Shown here piece by piece: positions 1-12,850 of a DNA stretch of 64,000 bases. The notes below the pieces were generated by a model, which did no database searches, was not told the DNA's origin, and was given only the letters and a program-made list of their open reading frames with translations. A program made the position numbers and the translations under genes. The first letter of the stretch is position 1, and each line of letters starts with the position of its first letter. Source of the stretch: Octopus sinensis (Eukaryota); NCBI RefSeq assembly GCF_006345805.1, contig NC_043008.1, positions 35,402,001 through 35,466,000 on the forward strand, written 5' to 3'.

Positions 1-478
1 TGTATGTATGTGTGTGTATACATACACACAATACATTACAAGAATGTCGAACTATAGATTTCAGTCCGACACGTGTTTCCGCTGCATTGGCGTCCTAATG
101 TTCATTGATGTTGCATTTACGTTGATCTGGATGGTTCTCTTGCAGTATATGTTCATTCGTGGTGGACGAATCTATGCAGCTTTATTGAAGTTTGTATCCG
201 TACGGATTAAAATAAACTGCGCGCAATAAACTTCATTCCTCTTTATGTTTTTTTTTTTTAACTTTTTTATCTCCACTTCATTTCCCCTTGATTCCTCTTA
301 ATCTATCTCTATAATAACGTTCATTCTATCTTTATAATATGTAGCCCGCGAGGGAAATACGTACTGATTAAGTTAAGGCCTCTTCGAATAAAATTACATA
401 ATCACTCTAATCCTTTAAATTCTTAAGAATCACTTTAAGTTTAAAATATAATAGAATATATATTTATTTTAATTACTT

Positions 479-729
479 ATGCACCCTTTTTTCAAGCCTA
501 GCCAGGCTCATGGGACCGGTTTCCCGGTTTCAATGGCGTATGTGTTCCCCAGCTGGACGGGACGACAGTCCATCGCAGCGTTATTCATTTTTGCCCGCTG
601 GATGGGCAGGAGCAACGTGAAATGAAGTGTTTTGCTCAAGAACACAACGCGTCGCCCGGTCCAGGAATCGAAACCACAATCTTACAATCATGATGCTGAC
701 ACCCTAACCACTAAGTCACGCGCTTCCAC
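479..729 (-). mobile_element. tRNA-derived SINE; tail shared with the 3407-3697 copy
   Basis: Reverse strand starts with a tRNA-like head containing A-box (TGACTTAGTGG) and B-box (GGTTTCGATTCC) motifs. Its tail GCGATGGACTG..CCCGTCCAGCTGGGGAACACATAC..CATGAGCCTGGCTAGGC matches 3590-3680. Confidence 0.85.
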
Positions 730-1315
730 TAGAATATATAGCCTTTTCTTATTTAACAGCAAACTCTACTATCATTTACATTAAGCTTTTGTGGCTCTCC
801 CACCCAAATTATATTTGAATAGAACTTTCAAAGACAGAATTCCTCAGTACGCTTCAGCAACTCGCACGAGTATAGCCTTGAAGAAAACTGCATAGAGACG
901 TCTACTCTGGTCTATAAATACCGCAATTGAACCACCCAGATGCACATAAGCGTTGCATATTGGACACTTATGCAGCAGAAATACGTGACAGGCTGAAATT
1001 TTAAAGTGAATGATTTGTAAATAATACTGTAAGAAACAGGTTTTGAGGTTGTATAATTCTACATTCTTTTTTTATGATGTTTTGATTATATATTCTGATT
1101 TCTGATTTCTATAAAATACAAGGAGTGAAATCAGGATTTATCTGTCGAATGATGTACCATGTAATTTTTTTTATCTGAAACGATTTATATATATATATAT
1201 ATATATATTACTTGTCACTCGATGTGGGTAGCCAGATGTGGATTATATCAGAGTGCTAATAAGGTACCAAATCTTTTACGTTATGTATAAATATATGTAT
1301 TTACATATATGCATG

Positions 1316-1660
1316 TGAAGGCGCATGGCTCAGTGGTTAGAGCGTCGAGCTTACGATCGTGAGGTTGTGAGCTCGAATCCCGGACCGGGCTGCGTGTTGT
1401 GTTCTCGAGCAAGGCACTTTATTTCACGTTGCTCCAGTTCACTCAGCTGTAGAAATGAGTTGCGACGTCACAGGTGCCAAGCTGTATCGGCCCTTGCCTT
1501 TCCCTTGGACAACATCGGTGACGTGGAGAGGGGAGGCCGGTATGCATGGGCGACTGCTGGTCTTCCATAAAACAACCTTGCCCAGACTTGTGCCTCAGAG
1601 GGTATCTCTCTAGGTGCAAACCCATGGTCAGTGCCTGACCGAAGGGGGTCTTTACCCTTA
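1316..1660 (+). mobile_element. tRNA-derived SINE, near full length
   Basis: Head GGCGCATGGCTCAGTGGTTAGAGCG..GAGCTCGAATCCCGG has Pol III A/B boxes but a non-pairing anticodon stem. The body has a diverged homologue at about 51300-51500 (-). Confidence 0.85.
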
Positions 1661-1799
1661 CATATATGCATGTTTACATATACATATATATGTGTGTGTG
1701 TGTGTGTGTGCATGTGCGTGTACATATAAGTATGCATGTACACCTATATGTACATACATATATTTATATATACACATACATGCGCGCGCAGATACACAC

Positions 1800-1800
<1 letters not shown>

Positions 1801-1830
<30 letters not shown>

Positions 1831-2018
1831 TGTATGTATGTATGTATGTATGTATGTATGTATGTATGTATGTATGTATGTATGTATGTATGTATGTATG
1901 TATGTATGTATGTATGTATGTATGTATGTATGTATGTATGTATGTATGTATGTATGTATGTATGTATGTATGTATGTATGTATGTATGTATGTATGTATG
2001 TATGTATGTATGTATGTA
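1801..2018. repeat. Long perfect (ATGT)n microsatellite
   Basis: Directly visible, about 54 units. It explains the MYVC and YIHT ORFs. Confidence 0.98.
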
Positions 2019-2589
2019 TAGGGAATCAGAAGAGTTGAAATTAATTAAAATATTGCAAAACTTGGGTGCGGGTGGAATAAGAGATTGCTTCAATGTTGTT
2101 GATGTGCGGATGTTCCGTGAAAGACCGTTTCACAATGTTTTGATCGCTCCGCATAGAAATTGTATCCTGTCTTCTTCCCCAATCAATAGTATACCCTTTG
2201 TAAAGCACACCAGCATTACACCGTCACCTAAGAATGGAAGGATCTATTTTTTTCATCAAAAGCATGAAAGGAATGTCTCTTTTGTCTTCCTTTAATGGTT
2301 TCAACCAATGGATGTGTCCGTGCTTTCAGTGTCATTTGTTTTCATATCTCACTCACTTTCCGGTTTTCTCTCCGGGGCTACATACGGTGATGTAGCGAAC
2401 TGGAATACCAACAGAAAATATTTCTATTCTCTTTCACATTGTATTATGCATATAATGTATATAGTTTAATCACCAATGAGACTTTAAAATGTAGAAATAC
2501 ACTGCAAAAGCTATCCACTAGGTGGCTAGCCTAATCTATGGCCACTTCATATGGCAATTGAATATCAAAGCAGGTTTTCTCGATTCCCT

Positions 2590-2990
2590 TTTTATCTAAT
2601 CGAGTGTCAACTGCCGAGTGACTCATTTTTCACACACTTCTCCATATTAGAAGCCTCTCACTGTCTTCTGTTACGCATTCTGATTACAGCCCAATTACGC
2701 CGCAAACACACATACGTACTGGGACTCATCTATCCATATGAATCAATTTGTCCACTCGCTGCTGTGCCGCACTGCGTAGTTTCTCCTTAAACGTTTATCC
2801 ATCTGTGTACATTGCTATTGTCAACAGAATGCAGTCTTCTGTGGGTGTCAGCAGCTTGCGTCCCTCCTTCCTCATGAACTCAATGACAGCACGTTACTTC
2901 AATGCGATATTTGCCCCTATGTAGAATTACTTTATCATAATGTATAGTTTGAACAACGTGCAACATTTTAAAAAGTTATGCCCAATTTTT
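2590..2990 (-). pseudogene. Highly decayed mariner-type transposase N-terminal fragment
   Basis: Manual reverse translation gives RAVIEFMRKEG (2862-2893) and KVCEK*VTRQLT (2604-2639), which corresponds to the mariner KVCAKWVPRxLT motif. Multiple stops and frameshifts. Confidence 0.6.
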
Positions 2991-3058
2991 CTTGTCTGAA
3001 TTTATGATAGTATGCGTGTGTGTGTGTATGTGTGTGTGTGTGTGTGTATGTGTGTGTG

Positions 3059-3092
<34 letters not shown>

Positions 3093-3123
3093 AGTGTGTG
3101 AGTGTGTGTGTGTGTGTGTGAGT

Positions 3124-3156
<33 letters not shown>

Positions 3157-3160
3157 CATA

Positions 3161-3360
3161 CGAGGGTGTGCTGAAAAGTTCCGGGCTTTGGTAAAAGAAA
3201 ATACACGAGGATAAACTAATTATGATTTTATCCAATAGATTCCCCTCTATTGCAGCGGTCCTTCAGCTTTTTTAAGCTCGGTAAAAGAACTGGAAGTTTG
3301 GGCCTCCAGCTTGGCCTTTCGCGATAGCTTTAAAGCCAGAAACTTTTCAGCACTCTCTCG
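3161..3360. mobile_element. 200-bp mariner-type MITE with TA TSD
   Basis: TA-CGAGGGTGTGCTGAAAAGTT at the left end and AACTTTTCAGCACTCTCTCG-TA at the right end form about 20-bp imperfect TIRs. TA at 3159-3160 and 3361-3362. Confidence 0.88.
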
Positions 3361-3406
<46 letters not shown>

Positions 3407-3407
<1 letters not shown>

Positions 3408-3697
3408 TGGAGGCGCAATGGCCCAGTGGTTAGGGCAGCGGACTTGCAGTCCGAGGTTCACGGTTTCGATTCCCAGACCGGGCGTTGTGTGTGTTTATTG
3501 AACGAAAACACGTCAGCGGGTGGTAGCGACACCTGTTGTACTCTTTCGCCCCAACTTTCTCTCACTCTCTCTTCCTGTTTCTTGAGTAACGCTGCGATGG
3601 ACTGGCATCCCGTCCAGCTGGGGGGAACACATACACCACAGAAACCGGGAAACCGGGCCCATGAGCCTGGCTAGGCCTGAAAATGGCGCATAAATAA
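3407..3697 (+). mobile_element. tRNA-derived SINE
   Basis: Head GGCGCAATGGCCCAGTGGTTAGG..GGTTTCGATTCCCAGACCGGG. Tail matches the 479-729 element in the opposite orientation. Confidence 0.88.
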
Positions 3698-3954
3698 TAT
3701 ATATATATATATATATCACCTCTTACGGTTTTATGTTATATATATATATATATATATATAACATAAAACCATAAGAGGTGATTTGAGGGGAATTTGGTTG
3801 GTATTTCTAGCAGATCTTCTCCGTAGAAACTACTCTGTTACATTTGTAATTATATTTTATTTCCCTTTACTTTTGGTGCTGGCGGCGAAGATATTCTAAG
3901 AATATATTAGGTCATTGGCTTTCTCTTCTATTTCGGTTACTAAAATCTTTTTAT

Positions 3955-4225
3955 TGTGGCTGCTGCTGCTGCTGCTGTTTATGTTGTTGTTGTTGTTGTC
4001 GTCGTCGTTGTTGTTGTTGTTGTTGTTGTTGTTGTTGCTATTATTACTATTGCTGTTGAGATTTCAGTTGCTTTCGTTTCCTTGTTTGTTGCTTCTATTA
4101 TCGTCACTGTTGCTGTTATTATCTTTCTTCTTGTTGCTGATGTTGTTCTTGTTGCTGTCGCTGTTGCTGCTGGTTGTTATTATCGTTTATGGTAGTTATT
4201 ATTATTTGCGAGAGTGTTGCTGCTT

Positions 4226-4257
<32 letters not shown>

Positions 4258-4270
4258 GCTGTTGTTGTTG
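3955..4270. repeat. Degenerate (GTT/GCT)n trinucleotide tract
   Basis: Directly visible. It produces the poly-L, poly-V and poly-C ORFs. Confidence 0.9.
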
Positions 4271-4799
4271 CCACCGTCATCGTTCTTAGTTATCTTTAAT
4301 CAAAGAAATGCAAGTGATTTAACATGCCGAATGTCTTCGGGGTATTTTTGTTGTCGTTCACCCCATTCTTCTTACTAAATGAAACCCAGGAAGACAATCA
4401 ATAGTTATGTTGTCATAAATTATTCTATATAATCTAGATTTTCCACTAACGATACTCAATTCTGTTATATCTTGACTGCACAGCCACGGTTTTAATTTGT
4501 TCCAATGTATAGAAACATTATAAGCACTAGCTTATCAAATCGTACAATGTAAGTTCTAATTCTTTGTCGGCAGTTAGTTATTTCTTTTTATTCTTTCTGC
4601 ATTAATTCTCATTCTTTCTATATTCATTCTCATTCTTTCTACATTCCTCAGTTTCTCTAGTTGTCTGTCGAAAATAAAAACTAGACATTTTGGTAAAGCT
4701 AATTGCGATTGACAAATATTTATGTTGGAGTAGATGTGTCTCTTTCCACTTAACACAAGAGGTACGTGATTTATGTACGTGACTAGTGTCTGTCGACCT

Positions 4800-5130
4800 C
4801 TTCACTGTCAGGAGTGGTGAAAACAGTTATATAATTTTGCTGAAAGTGAGAAAAAGATCATGGCTTTTGAAATGAATTGCTGCAGAGAGACTCTTCGCAT
4901 TCTGTATGTAGAAAATGACGAGAGAATGACGAAATAAATTGTTTACTTAGACACAATAAACCATGAGTATTTTCTGTCCCTCGTTCAAAAGGTGGAATTT
5001 TGTGTGGTTTGCCTCTGTCTCGACTTCATGGCTCCTACCTCTGGTGAACATTATCGTGACTGGAGAAATTCACGGTAAAGGCGTACAGGAAGACCACAAA
5101 TAGGAAGGTTGAGTAACGTCAAATAAGGTT
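4800..5130 (+). mobile_element. RTE-clade LINE, decayed 3' end of the ORF
   Basis: Manual translation gives EKKIMAFEMNCCR..LRIL and later GEIHGK/RRTGRPQIGRLSNVK. This matches the RTE C-terminal AFEMxCxRRxLRI ... GxRxRGRPxxxW pattern, with frameshifts. Confidence 0.7.
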
Positions 5131-5249
5131 TAAAGATGAGGGTGGAAAATAAGTATGTCAATGACTAAGTATGATGCAGGAACAAAGTTGTGTCTTTTGA
5201 TGTTAACTCGTGGTTTGCTTTGTAAGTCTTCATTAATTCATTGATATTA

Positions 5250-5563
5250 GAGTCGAACCTAATTCCGCCGAGGTCGATTTTGCCTTTCATTCTTTCGGGG
5301 TCGATAAAATAAGTACCACTTGAATACTGGAGCCGCTGTAATCCACTTCTCTAAAATGTCAGGCTTTGTGCCTTAGAAAGGATTATTAGATTCGAGTCAC
5401 AACATGGCGAGTTGGCAGAACAGTTACTGAGCCGGACAAAATGTTTGGCAGCTATTCATCTGACGCTTTGTTCTGAGTTCAAATGAAGCTGGGATAGGCT
5501 TGTCCTTTCATCGACTATCACCGCCTTCCAAAATTTCAGGCCATATAGTAGAAAGACTAATTA
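5250..5563 (+). mobile_element. Two adjacent diverged family-A SINE fragments
   Basis: Contains AATTCCGCCGAGGTCGATTTTGCCTTTCAT..GGGGTCGATAAAATAAGTACC and a second head GGCGAGTTGGCAGAA, as in other family-A copies. Confidence 0.7.
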
Positions 5564-6675
5564 GATCCGAGTCTTTCATGTAGACACAACATCAGTTCAG
5601 GTTTCAAACAAAAATGCTACAGAAGGGGAATATGTTTCTAGACTTTCCGTTTTTTGTTTTAAGTTGAAAATGTATAGATTTATATATAGTTGCTGTTGTT
5701 AAACCTCATCTCAGCCATAATCGTGCAAATCTCTGATCAAAGGTATTCCATATTTAGCTTGTTTGTCTAGGCGTAGTACATCTAGGAACGCAATGTCCAG
5801 TATGTCCTCCTGTTATAAGACAATAAGCAGGTATTTAATTGCTAGCAAGGCAAAAGTATTTCGTTTAGTTACCACAATTGACGATTTAATATATTATAGG
5901 ATTTATCAAAACAATACTGTGTCCTACAGAATTTTTAATCTCATTTTACGTCTACGCTGGCTCTGAATTCTGTAGAAAATCTATAGAGATAATCATAAAA
6001 TAATATATGAGGGTAGCTTTAACTGTTACTTTTCAGAGCCCCAGCAGACACCTAGAGGCTTCTTTGTTGGTCTTATTAAGGGATATCTCCATCGAAGTCG
6101 ATCACGTACCCTTGTAACGTACTTGTTATGTGACCCGTCTGTTTACACTGTTTTCAATGTTAAAATACACATTCGGTTACCGGGAGATAAAAAAAACGGT
6201 GATATTTCTAGTTCGAGTTGCGACCGACGATAGTCTCAGCAATGAAAACAAAAAAAAATTAAATGATCGACTTCTCATCCCAACGTTATCAACGTCACTA
6301 AGACACCACCATCAAACATTTCAAAAGTAATGTGTTCTGTCGTTTTGATCTTTTCTGAATTAAGCCACGATGGAACGTACTTCAAGACTTCCAAATCTGG
6401 GTCGTTTCTGGTTTACAATAGAAACACTACCACGATATAATTGTTACATCTGGCGAAATGTTGCTGTTCAAAATAAAATGGCCTAACAGCAGGCGGTAAC
6501 AAAGTCGGTGGAAAGATAACGAACCATCGGCTAGTTGTCTTCTTTCTCCAAGAACAACTAAAACAACTTATCGATTTGGCGGCCATCTTAACTGACAGCA
6601 GGTTCAGAACAGAAATTAAAGAAAGCAGATACATCAGATAAATATTTTACAGTGAGAGAATTCAACAGTATATAA

Positions 6676-6737
<62 letters not shown>

Positions 6738-6800
6738 TATATATATATATATCTATATATATATATACATATATACATACATATATATATATATACATAT

Positions 6801-6854
<54 letters not shown>

Positions 6855-6911
6855 GTGTATGTATGTATATATATATATATACATATATATATGTATGTAT
6901 ATATGTATGTA

Positions 6912-6954
<43 letters not shown>

Positions 6955-7567
6955 GTACGCATATGACCACGTACGTACGTATGTATATGACCACGATATT
7001 CATTTCACTTTCATTCAGAGGCTTTTCAACACTACACACATTAAATGTGTGCTGTTGGTAGTTTGCAGAAGCATCGTATTTCATGTTTGGTTTATGTTCA
7101 CAACGTGACATTAACTAGATTCTCTGCAGACTATGTCATTGATATCTGCCAAAACAGATAGTATGTTTATATCTTACTAGACACGTTGTTGATCATGTTG
7201 ACCTTTCCGAACAATTCGGTAGAGGTTTATGATATGTCCACCGCACAAAGAACTCTTTCGTTTGCGGTTAAATAATGTTGGCTGTTACATGTTAAATACT
7301 TCATAGTATTTTCTTTGTTTAGCGTTGCTGCACATATATATTGCTTAAATATTTGCGTAATTACACGACATTGCACGGACATAACTGGATAGACATTTAT
7401 AGATTCAACATACACTCACGTATGCACATGTAGGCATTGTTACACGCACATATATATATTTGTAGAAATATATACACATATTTATATAGATATATACATA
7501 TGTAAGGATGAATATATATATATATATATTATATATTATATATATTATATATATATATATATATATC

Positions 7568-7620
<53 letters not shown>

Positions 7621-7831
7621 ATATATACACATACATACATATATGTATATATAGCTTGAGAGGTGATAATTTATGTTTACACACAAGAAAGGTACCTAAT
7701 ATATACAATGTGACTATATATATTGATATACAGATATAGAAAGACATTCATGTATACACCCACTCTCCCTCTTTTCTCTCTCTCTCTCTCTCACTCTCCC
7801 TTTCTCTTTCTTTCTCTCTCTTTCTGTCTTT

Positions 7832-7902
<71 letters not shown>

Positions 7903-7958
7903 TATATTATATATATATATATATAATATATATATATATAATATATATATATATACTA

Positions 7959-8026
<68 letters not shown>

Positions 8027-8889
8027 TATATATCGCACGTAAATTAACCTTATTTATTGAGAAACCGTATGGTAATGTTTCTAAGAATAATAGCTTTGTA
8101 TAAGTAATTTCTCTCTCACTCATTCTCTTACTTTTCTCTCTCTCTCTCTCTCTCACTCTCTCTCTCTCTCTCTCATTCTCTTTCTCTCTGCGATTCTCCC
8201 TTTCTGTATCTCTTTAGCTCCCTCTTTTATAGATATATACAGTTTACATGCGTTCATACTTGGAAGCATAAATACGGAATTATATATGAGTGTGTCTACA
8301 TCCACTCATATATTCGTACGTACGTACGTACAAATATATTGACGTGTATACATACACAAATGTGTTTGTGTTAATGTGTGAGTATGCGTGCGTGTGTGTG
8401 ATTGCGTGCGCGTATGTGCATGTGTATACCAAAAAAAACACTGTTAGCACTGCATTACGCTCCTGGCTACAATAAATTATTCTCTACGCCGTACGTATGT
8501 AAAACAGCACAAAACCGTATAAATTTACATAATGGATGAGCGTTGTGTGCCGGAGTTACATTCATATACACACGTTATGTAATATATGTTCCACACAGAC
8601 GCTTATACGTGTTATATAACGATATGCTTATATGATTTTTATGCATTTGTTTTCGTCTGTGTGCATGTCTGTGTGTGTGTCTGTGTATGTCTGTGTGTTT
8701 CTGCTTACTATATTTTCCTCCATGTTAATCGCTGGTATCTTTGGTGATTTTCCCTTCAAAATCTCTTCAATAAAACGATGGCACTTGATGGAATTGCGGA
8801 AATATCTACATATTGATAAATATTCATAATGTCTTTCTCTCTCTCTCTCTCTGTCTTTGTGTGTGTGTGTGTTTGTTTCTCGCTGTCTC

Positions 8890-9067
8890 TTATTCTGTGT
8901 CTGTATTTTTTTATTTAATTTTTTGTGCTGGGTGCTGTACCAAATTGACTTCGTTGTAGAGGAAATGTGTTGATGGGGTTAAAAGAAACGCACACACACA
9001 CAGACACCCACACACACTGCCTTTTTCTTTCTCTTTCTGTCTGTCTGTGTTTTTCTCTCTCTCTTTC

Positions 9068-9118
<51 letters not shown>

Positions 9119-9172
9119 GTCAATTTCGGTTTCGTGCATCCAATCAATGTGTTAATGGAGTAAAAGAAAATG

Positions 9173-9212
<40 letters not shown>

Positions 9213-9648
9213 AACACACAAACACACACACACATACACACACACAAACACACACACACAACACACACACACACATACACAAACACACAAACACACACAC
9301 ACAGAGCGTGTCTTTTTTCCTGTTTCTGTGTGTCCGTGTTTTTCGCTGTCTCTGTGTGTGTGTGTCTGTGTGTGTGTGTGTCTCACACACTTTGTGTGTC
9401 GCACACCCCATCAATACCCAGAACCGTTGTAGAGATATTAATGAAAGAAAAATTGAAAGTACCGTTTGAACTTTCATAAATGCCATTTAGGTTGGGTTTT
9501 TTTTTTCTGTTTTGTTACAATGTTGATGGGGTTAGAAAAAAACCCCACACACAGACATACACACAGTCTTCGTCTTTGTCTCTCTTTCTCTCTCTGTTTA
9601 TTTCTCTCTCTGTCTCTCTTTCTCCATTTATTTGTGTGTGTGTGTGTC

Positions 9649-9730
<82 letters not shown>

Positions 9731-10034
9731 ACACACTTTCTGTGTCGCACACCCCATCAACACACTTCTTGTCAAACGATGTCCCTTTGCTGTCACACAC
9801 AGAAAAAGAAAATAAATATATAAAAGGAATCTTTTACAGAAATGGCTTCCTTTGTTTCGTACGAATCGAAACAGTGTAGCAAGTATTTCCAATAGAATTT
9901 TTTAAAACCTGATATAAACCATTCTCGAGACCTCCATAGTAAGACTACCAAGTTTCGTGAAAGTATGAACAGACGTTTGGCCGTGAAAAGGTCACGGACA
10001 AACGGACGGACGGACATAAGGCCAATTATAGTAA
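8890..10034 (+). mobile_element. Probable DINE-1/HINE-like non-autonomous Helitron/Helentron with internal microsatellite-filled repeats
   Basis: The 3' end CAAGTTTCGTGAA..CGGACAAACGGACGGACGGACAT..AATTATAGTAAGAT runs into (TA)n, resembling DINE-1/Lep1-type ends. The internal motif TGTTGATGGGGT recurs five times. The 5' boundary is uncertain. Confidence 0.4.
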
Positions 10035-10040
10035 GATATA

Positions 10041-10090
<50 letters not shown>

Positions 10091-10189
10091 TATATATATA
10101 TATATACCAACTCTTGACAATGAGGAATGAACGAATGAATATAAAAATGCATTACTGAGGATATATTGTAAACAATTCAAAATTGTCTA

Positions 10190-10715
10190 CGTTAGGCACA
10201 AGGCCCGAAATTTTGGGGGAGGGGCCAGTCGATTAGATCGGCCCCAGAACGCAACTGGTACTTAATTTATCGACCCTGAAAGGATGAAAGGCAAAGACGA
10301 CCTCGGCGGAATTTGAACTAAGAACGTGAAGACAGACGAAATACCTATTTCTTTATTACCCACAAGGGGCTAAACACAGAGGGGACAAACAAGGACAGAC
10401 ATAGGTATTAAGTCGATTACATCGACCCCAGTGCGTAACTGGTACTTAATTTATCGACCCCGAAAGGATGAACGGCAAAGTCGACCTCGGCGGAATTTGA
10501 ACTCACAACGTAACGCAGACGAAATACCGCTAAGCGTTTCGCCCGGCGTGCTGACGTTACTTATTTCTTTACTGCCCGAAAGGGGCTGCACACAGAGGGG
10601 ACAAACAAAGACAGAAAAGAGATTAAGTCGATTACATCGATCCCAGTGCGTAACTGGTACTTAATTTATCGACCATATGGTTGGGAAGCAAACTTCTTAC
10701 CACACTGCCGTGCCT
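10190..10715 (-). mobile_element. Composite of three family-A SINE units plus a family-B head fragment
   Basis: Repeated GACCTCGGCGGAATTTGAAC and CTGGTACTTAATTTATCGACC blocks, with unit junctions at about 10345/10346 and 10560. Confidence 0.9.
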
Positions 10716-11259
10716 GGGCCTATGACGCACACATACACACACGCACACACACACAGACACACATATATATATATAAGCGGAATATAATTATCACATAAGA
10801 ATTGAATAATTCTGTTTTGCACAAATTCAAAGCTAAGACCCAGAATCAAAATCAACGTACTGCATGTAAAATTATTAATATACAAATGTCAAAAATACTT
10901 TCTTGAAGTGACATGTTGTATATTCTGAAAGATGCTTAAAAAAATTATGATCTTAGGTTCCAATATTCACCCCTAGACAATATATTTACTCTGCCGATTA
11001 CCAGTGTTGCTTGTGATAACAGTTGAATTACATTACTGTAAGTAACAGCGTATAAACCACTGCATACATTTACACTGAAGTCAGAAAGAATCTTAGTATA
11101 ACCAGATGGAAGATATTTCAAAAATGTGAATCATAATTGTATTTGATTTAAACAACAAACGGGCGAGACATTGCTAGATATTCCTTATATATTTAGAACT
11201 TATTGCATATTTGCGTGATTGTCTATGTACACATGTATGTGTGTCCCTTCTATTTCTTT

Positions 11260-11790
11260 AATTATTATAATCCTTCCAGTGAGGAGGGAGCCATTTTCCA
11301 ACTAAGATACAAGGCTCCATCTTTGGGATGTTGTTAACACAGACAAGTTCACATTTGGAACTTGAGAAAAGTCTCGCATAATTTTACTGTTCCACTCACT
11401 GATTGCACTTGTAATGTACGAATTAGCCGATTGATTTCTCTTTTTGAAAATCCCAGTTTATCCAGATTCTCCTTTAAGCATTTACTAACAAAACCTAGTA
11501 CTCCAATTATTATTGGTATGAATATGAATTCATAGTCTGGATATAGAAGCTGGAGGCTTCGAAGCAATTGTCCATAGATATCCTCTTTTTCCTTGATTTT
11601 CAAAGAGATATTTACATCTGCAGGGCAGTTAACCTCTATGATGGTACATACCTTTGCCACTCTGTCCCAAACAGCAATATACGGCCTGTTATGCTTACAT
11701 TTGACAGCACCAGTCAAGTGCTACATGAACCCAATTCAGTCACAGGATATGGGCCTACATGATGCTCTTGAAATTATCATTTGCACAAAA
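11260..11790 (-). mobile_element. 3' fragment of an RLE-type non-LTR retrotransposon (R2-group: R4/NeSL/HERO-like); ORF remnant 11349-11717
   Basis: KCKHNRPYIAVWD..CTIIEVNCP.D.N...K..EK..IYG.L...L..LYPDY...FIPIIIGVLG follows the restriction-like endonuclease pattern (HNRPDI..D/E.K..GALG). The expected PD reads PY. Confidence 0.8.
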
Positions 11791-11839
11791 TGCCAATGAA
11801 TGAGATACTACGCCTATACACACACACGCGCACACATGC

Positions 11840-11890
<51 letters not shown>

Positions 11891-12804
11891 TGTAAGTATA
11901 AGCAAGTTAGGTTGGTTGAGATACAAAGAATAGATACAAAGAATGTTTACATACAAAAAGGTCCGACTTACACAGAATAGAAATATCAAGAATTAAGTGG
12001 GTTGAAGAAGAGTATTACAAACCCAACAGCTGTTTCTGGTTTGTAATACTTTTCTTCAACCTCTTTAATTCTTTATATCATTTCTATTCTGTACAAAGCA
12101 GACCTTTTTGTATGTAGGGATGTATACTTTTTTTGTATTTCATGTCTTTAACATTCTTTGTATACTGACCTACCTAGCTTGCTTATCCTTACATTTACTC
12201 CTCTACCTGCTCCGGTTCAAACCTCTTGAGCACTACCAAGTATATTCCATACGGAGAATATCTGATTTTCATCTATGAACTCTCTATATATAACGGTTCG
12301 TTGACCTATTCTTATATAACTCCAAGATATATAAATGTGTCTTATGCTAAGTTCAATCTTGCCAACTGTTAGAGATACCACAACACATGCTCATTATATC
12401 TGTCAACTATAAACATGATATACGCTTCTTCATGAGTATAGTAATTCCACTGAATTAGTTTTAACTGTAATTAAGAAACAGATGAAGTGTCTGGTTATTG
12501 CTGATGCACTAAGACAATAAAAGTACTTGATTGCCAGAATTGTAGCTCAACACATTTATGATTTAAGAAGACAAGCAACTGCATAAGTTCACGTAGCGTA
12601 TTTGGGATTAATTTTCTGAGGTCTTCTGTAGCGTAATTGTTAATGTTCATCTAGCAATACATTTATTTGGAGAAACTGAGTTTGATTGCCACTAAATATT
12701 TTTGTATTTTTCGATCTTTCGTCATCTATCACGTACACACACACACACACACACACACGTGCGCGCACGCACGGACACACACGCACATATGCACAGACAT
12801 ATAC

Positions 12805-12850
<46 letters not shown>

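Noticed and set aside
1320-1392. tRNA gene candidates here and at 3410-3482
   Set aside because: A and B boxes are present, but the anticodon and acceptor stems do not pair and each continues into a SINE body.
2040-2340. Possible mariner or host coding fragment
   Set aside because: Only vague resemblance in the reverse frames and no diagnostic motif.
8966-9764. CRISPR-like repeat/spacer pattern
   Set aside because: The motifs alternate in orientation, spacing is irregular, the spacers are microsatellites, the context is eukaryotic and there are no cas genes.
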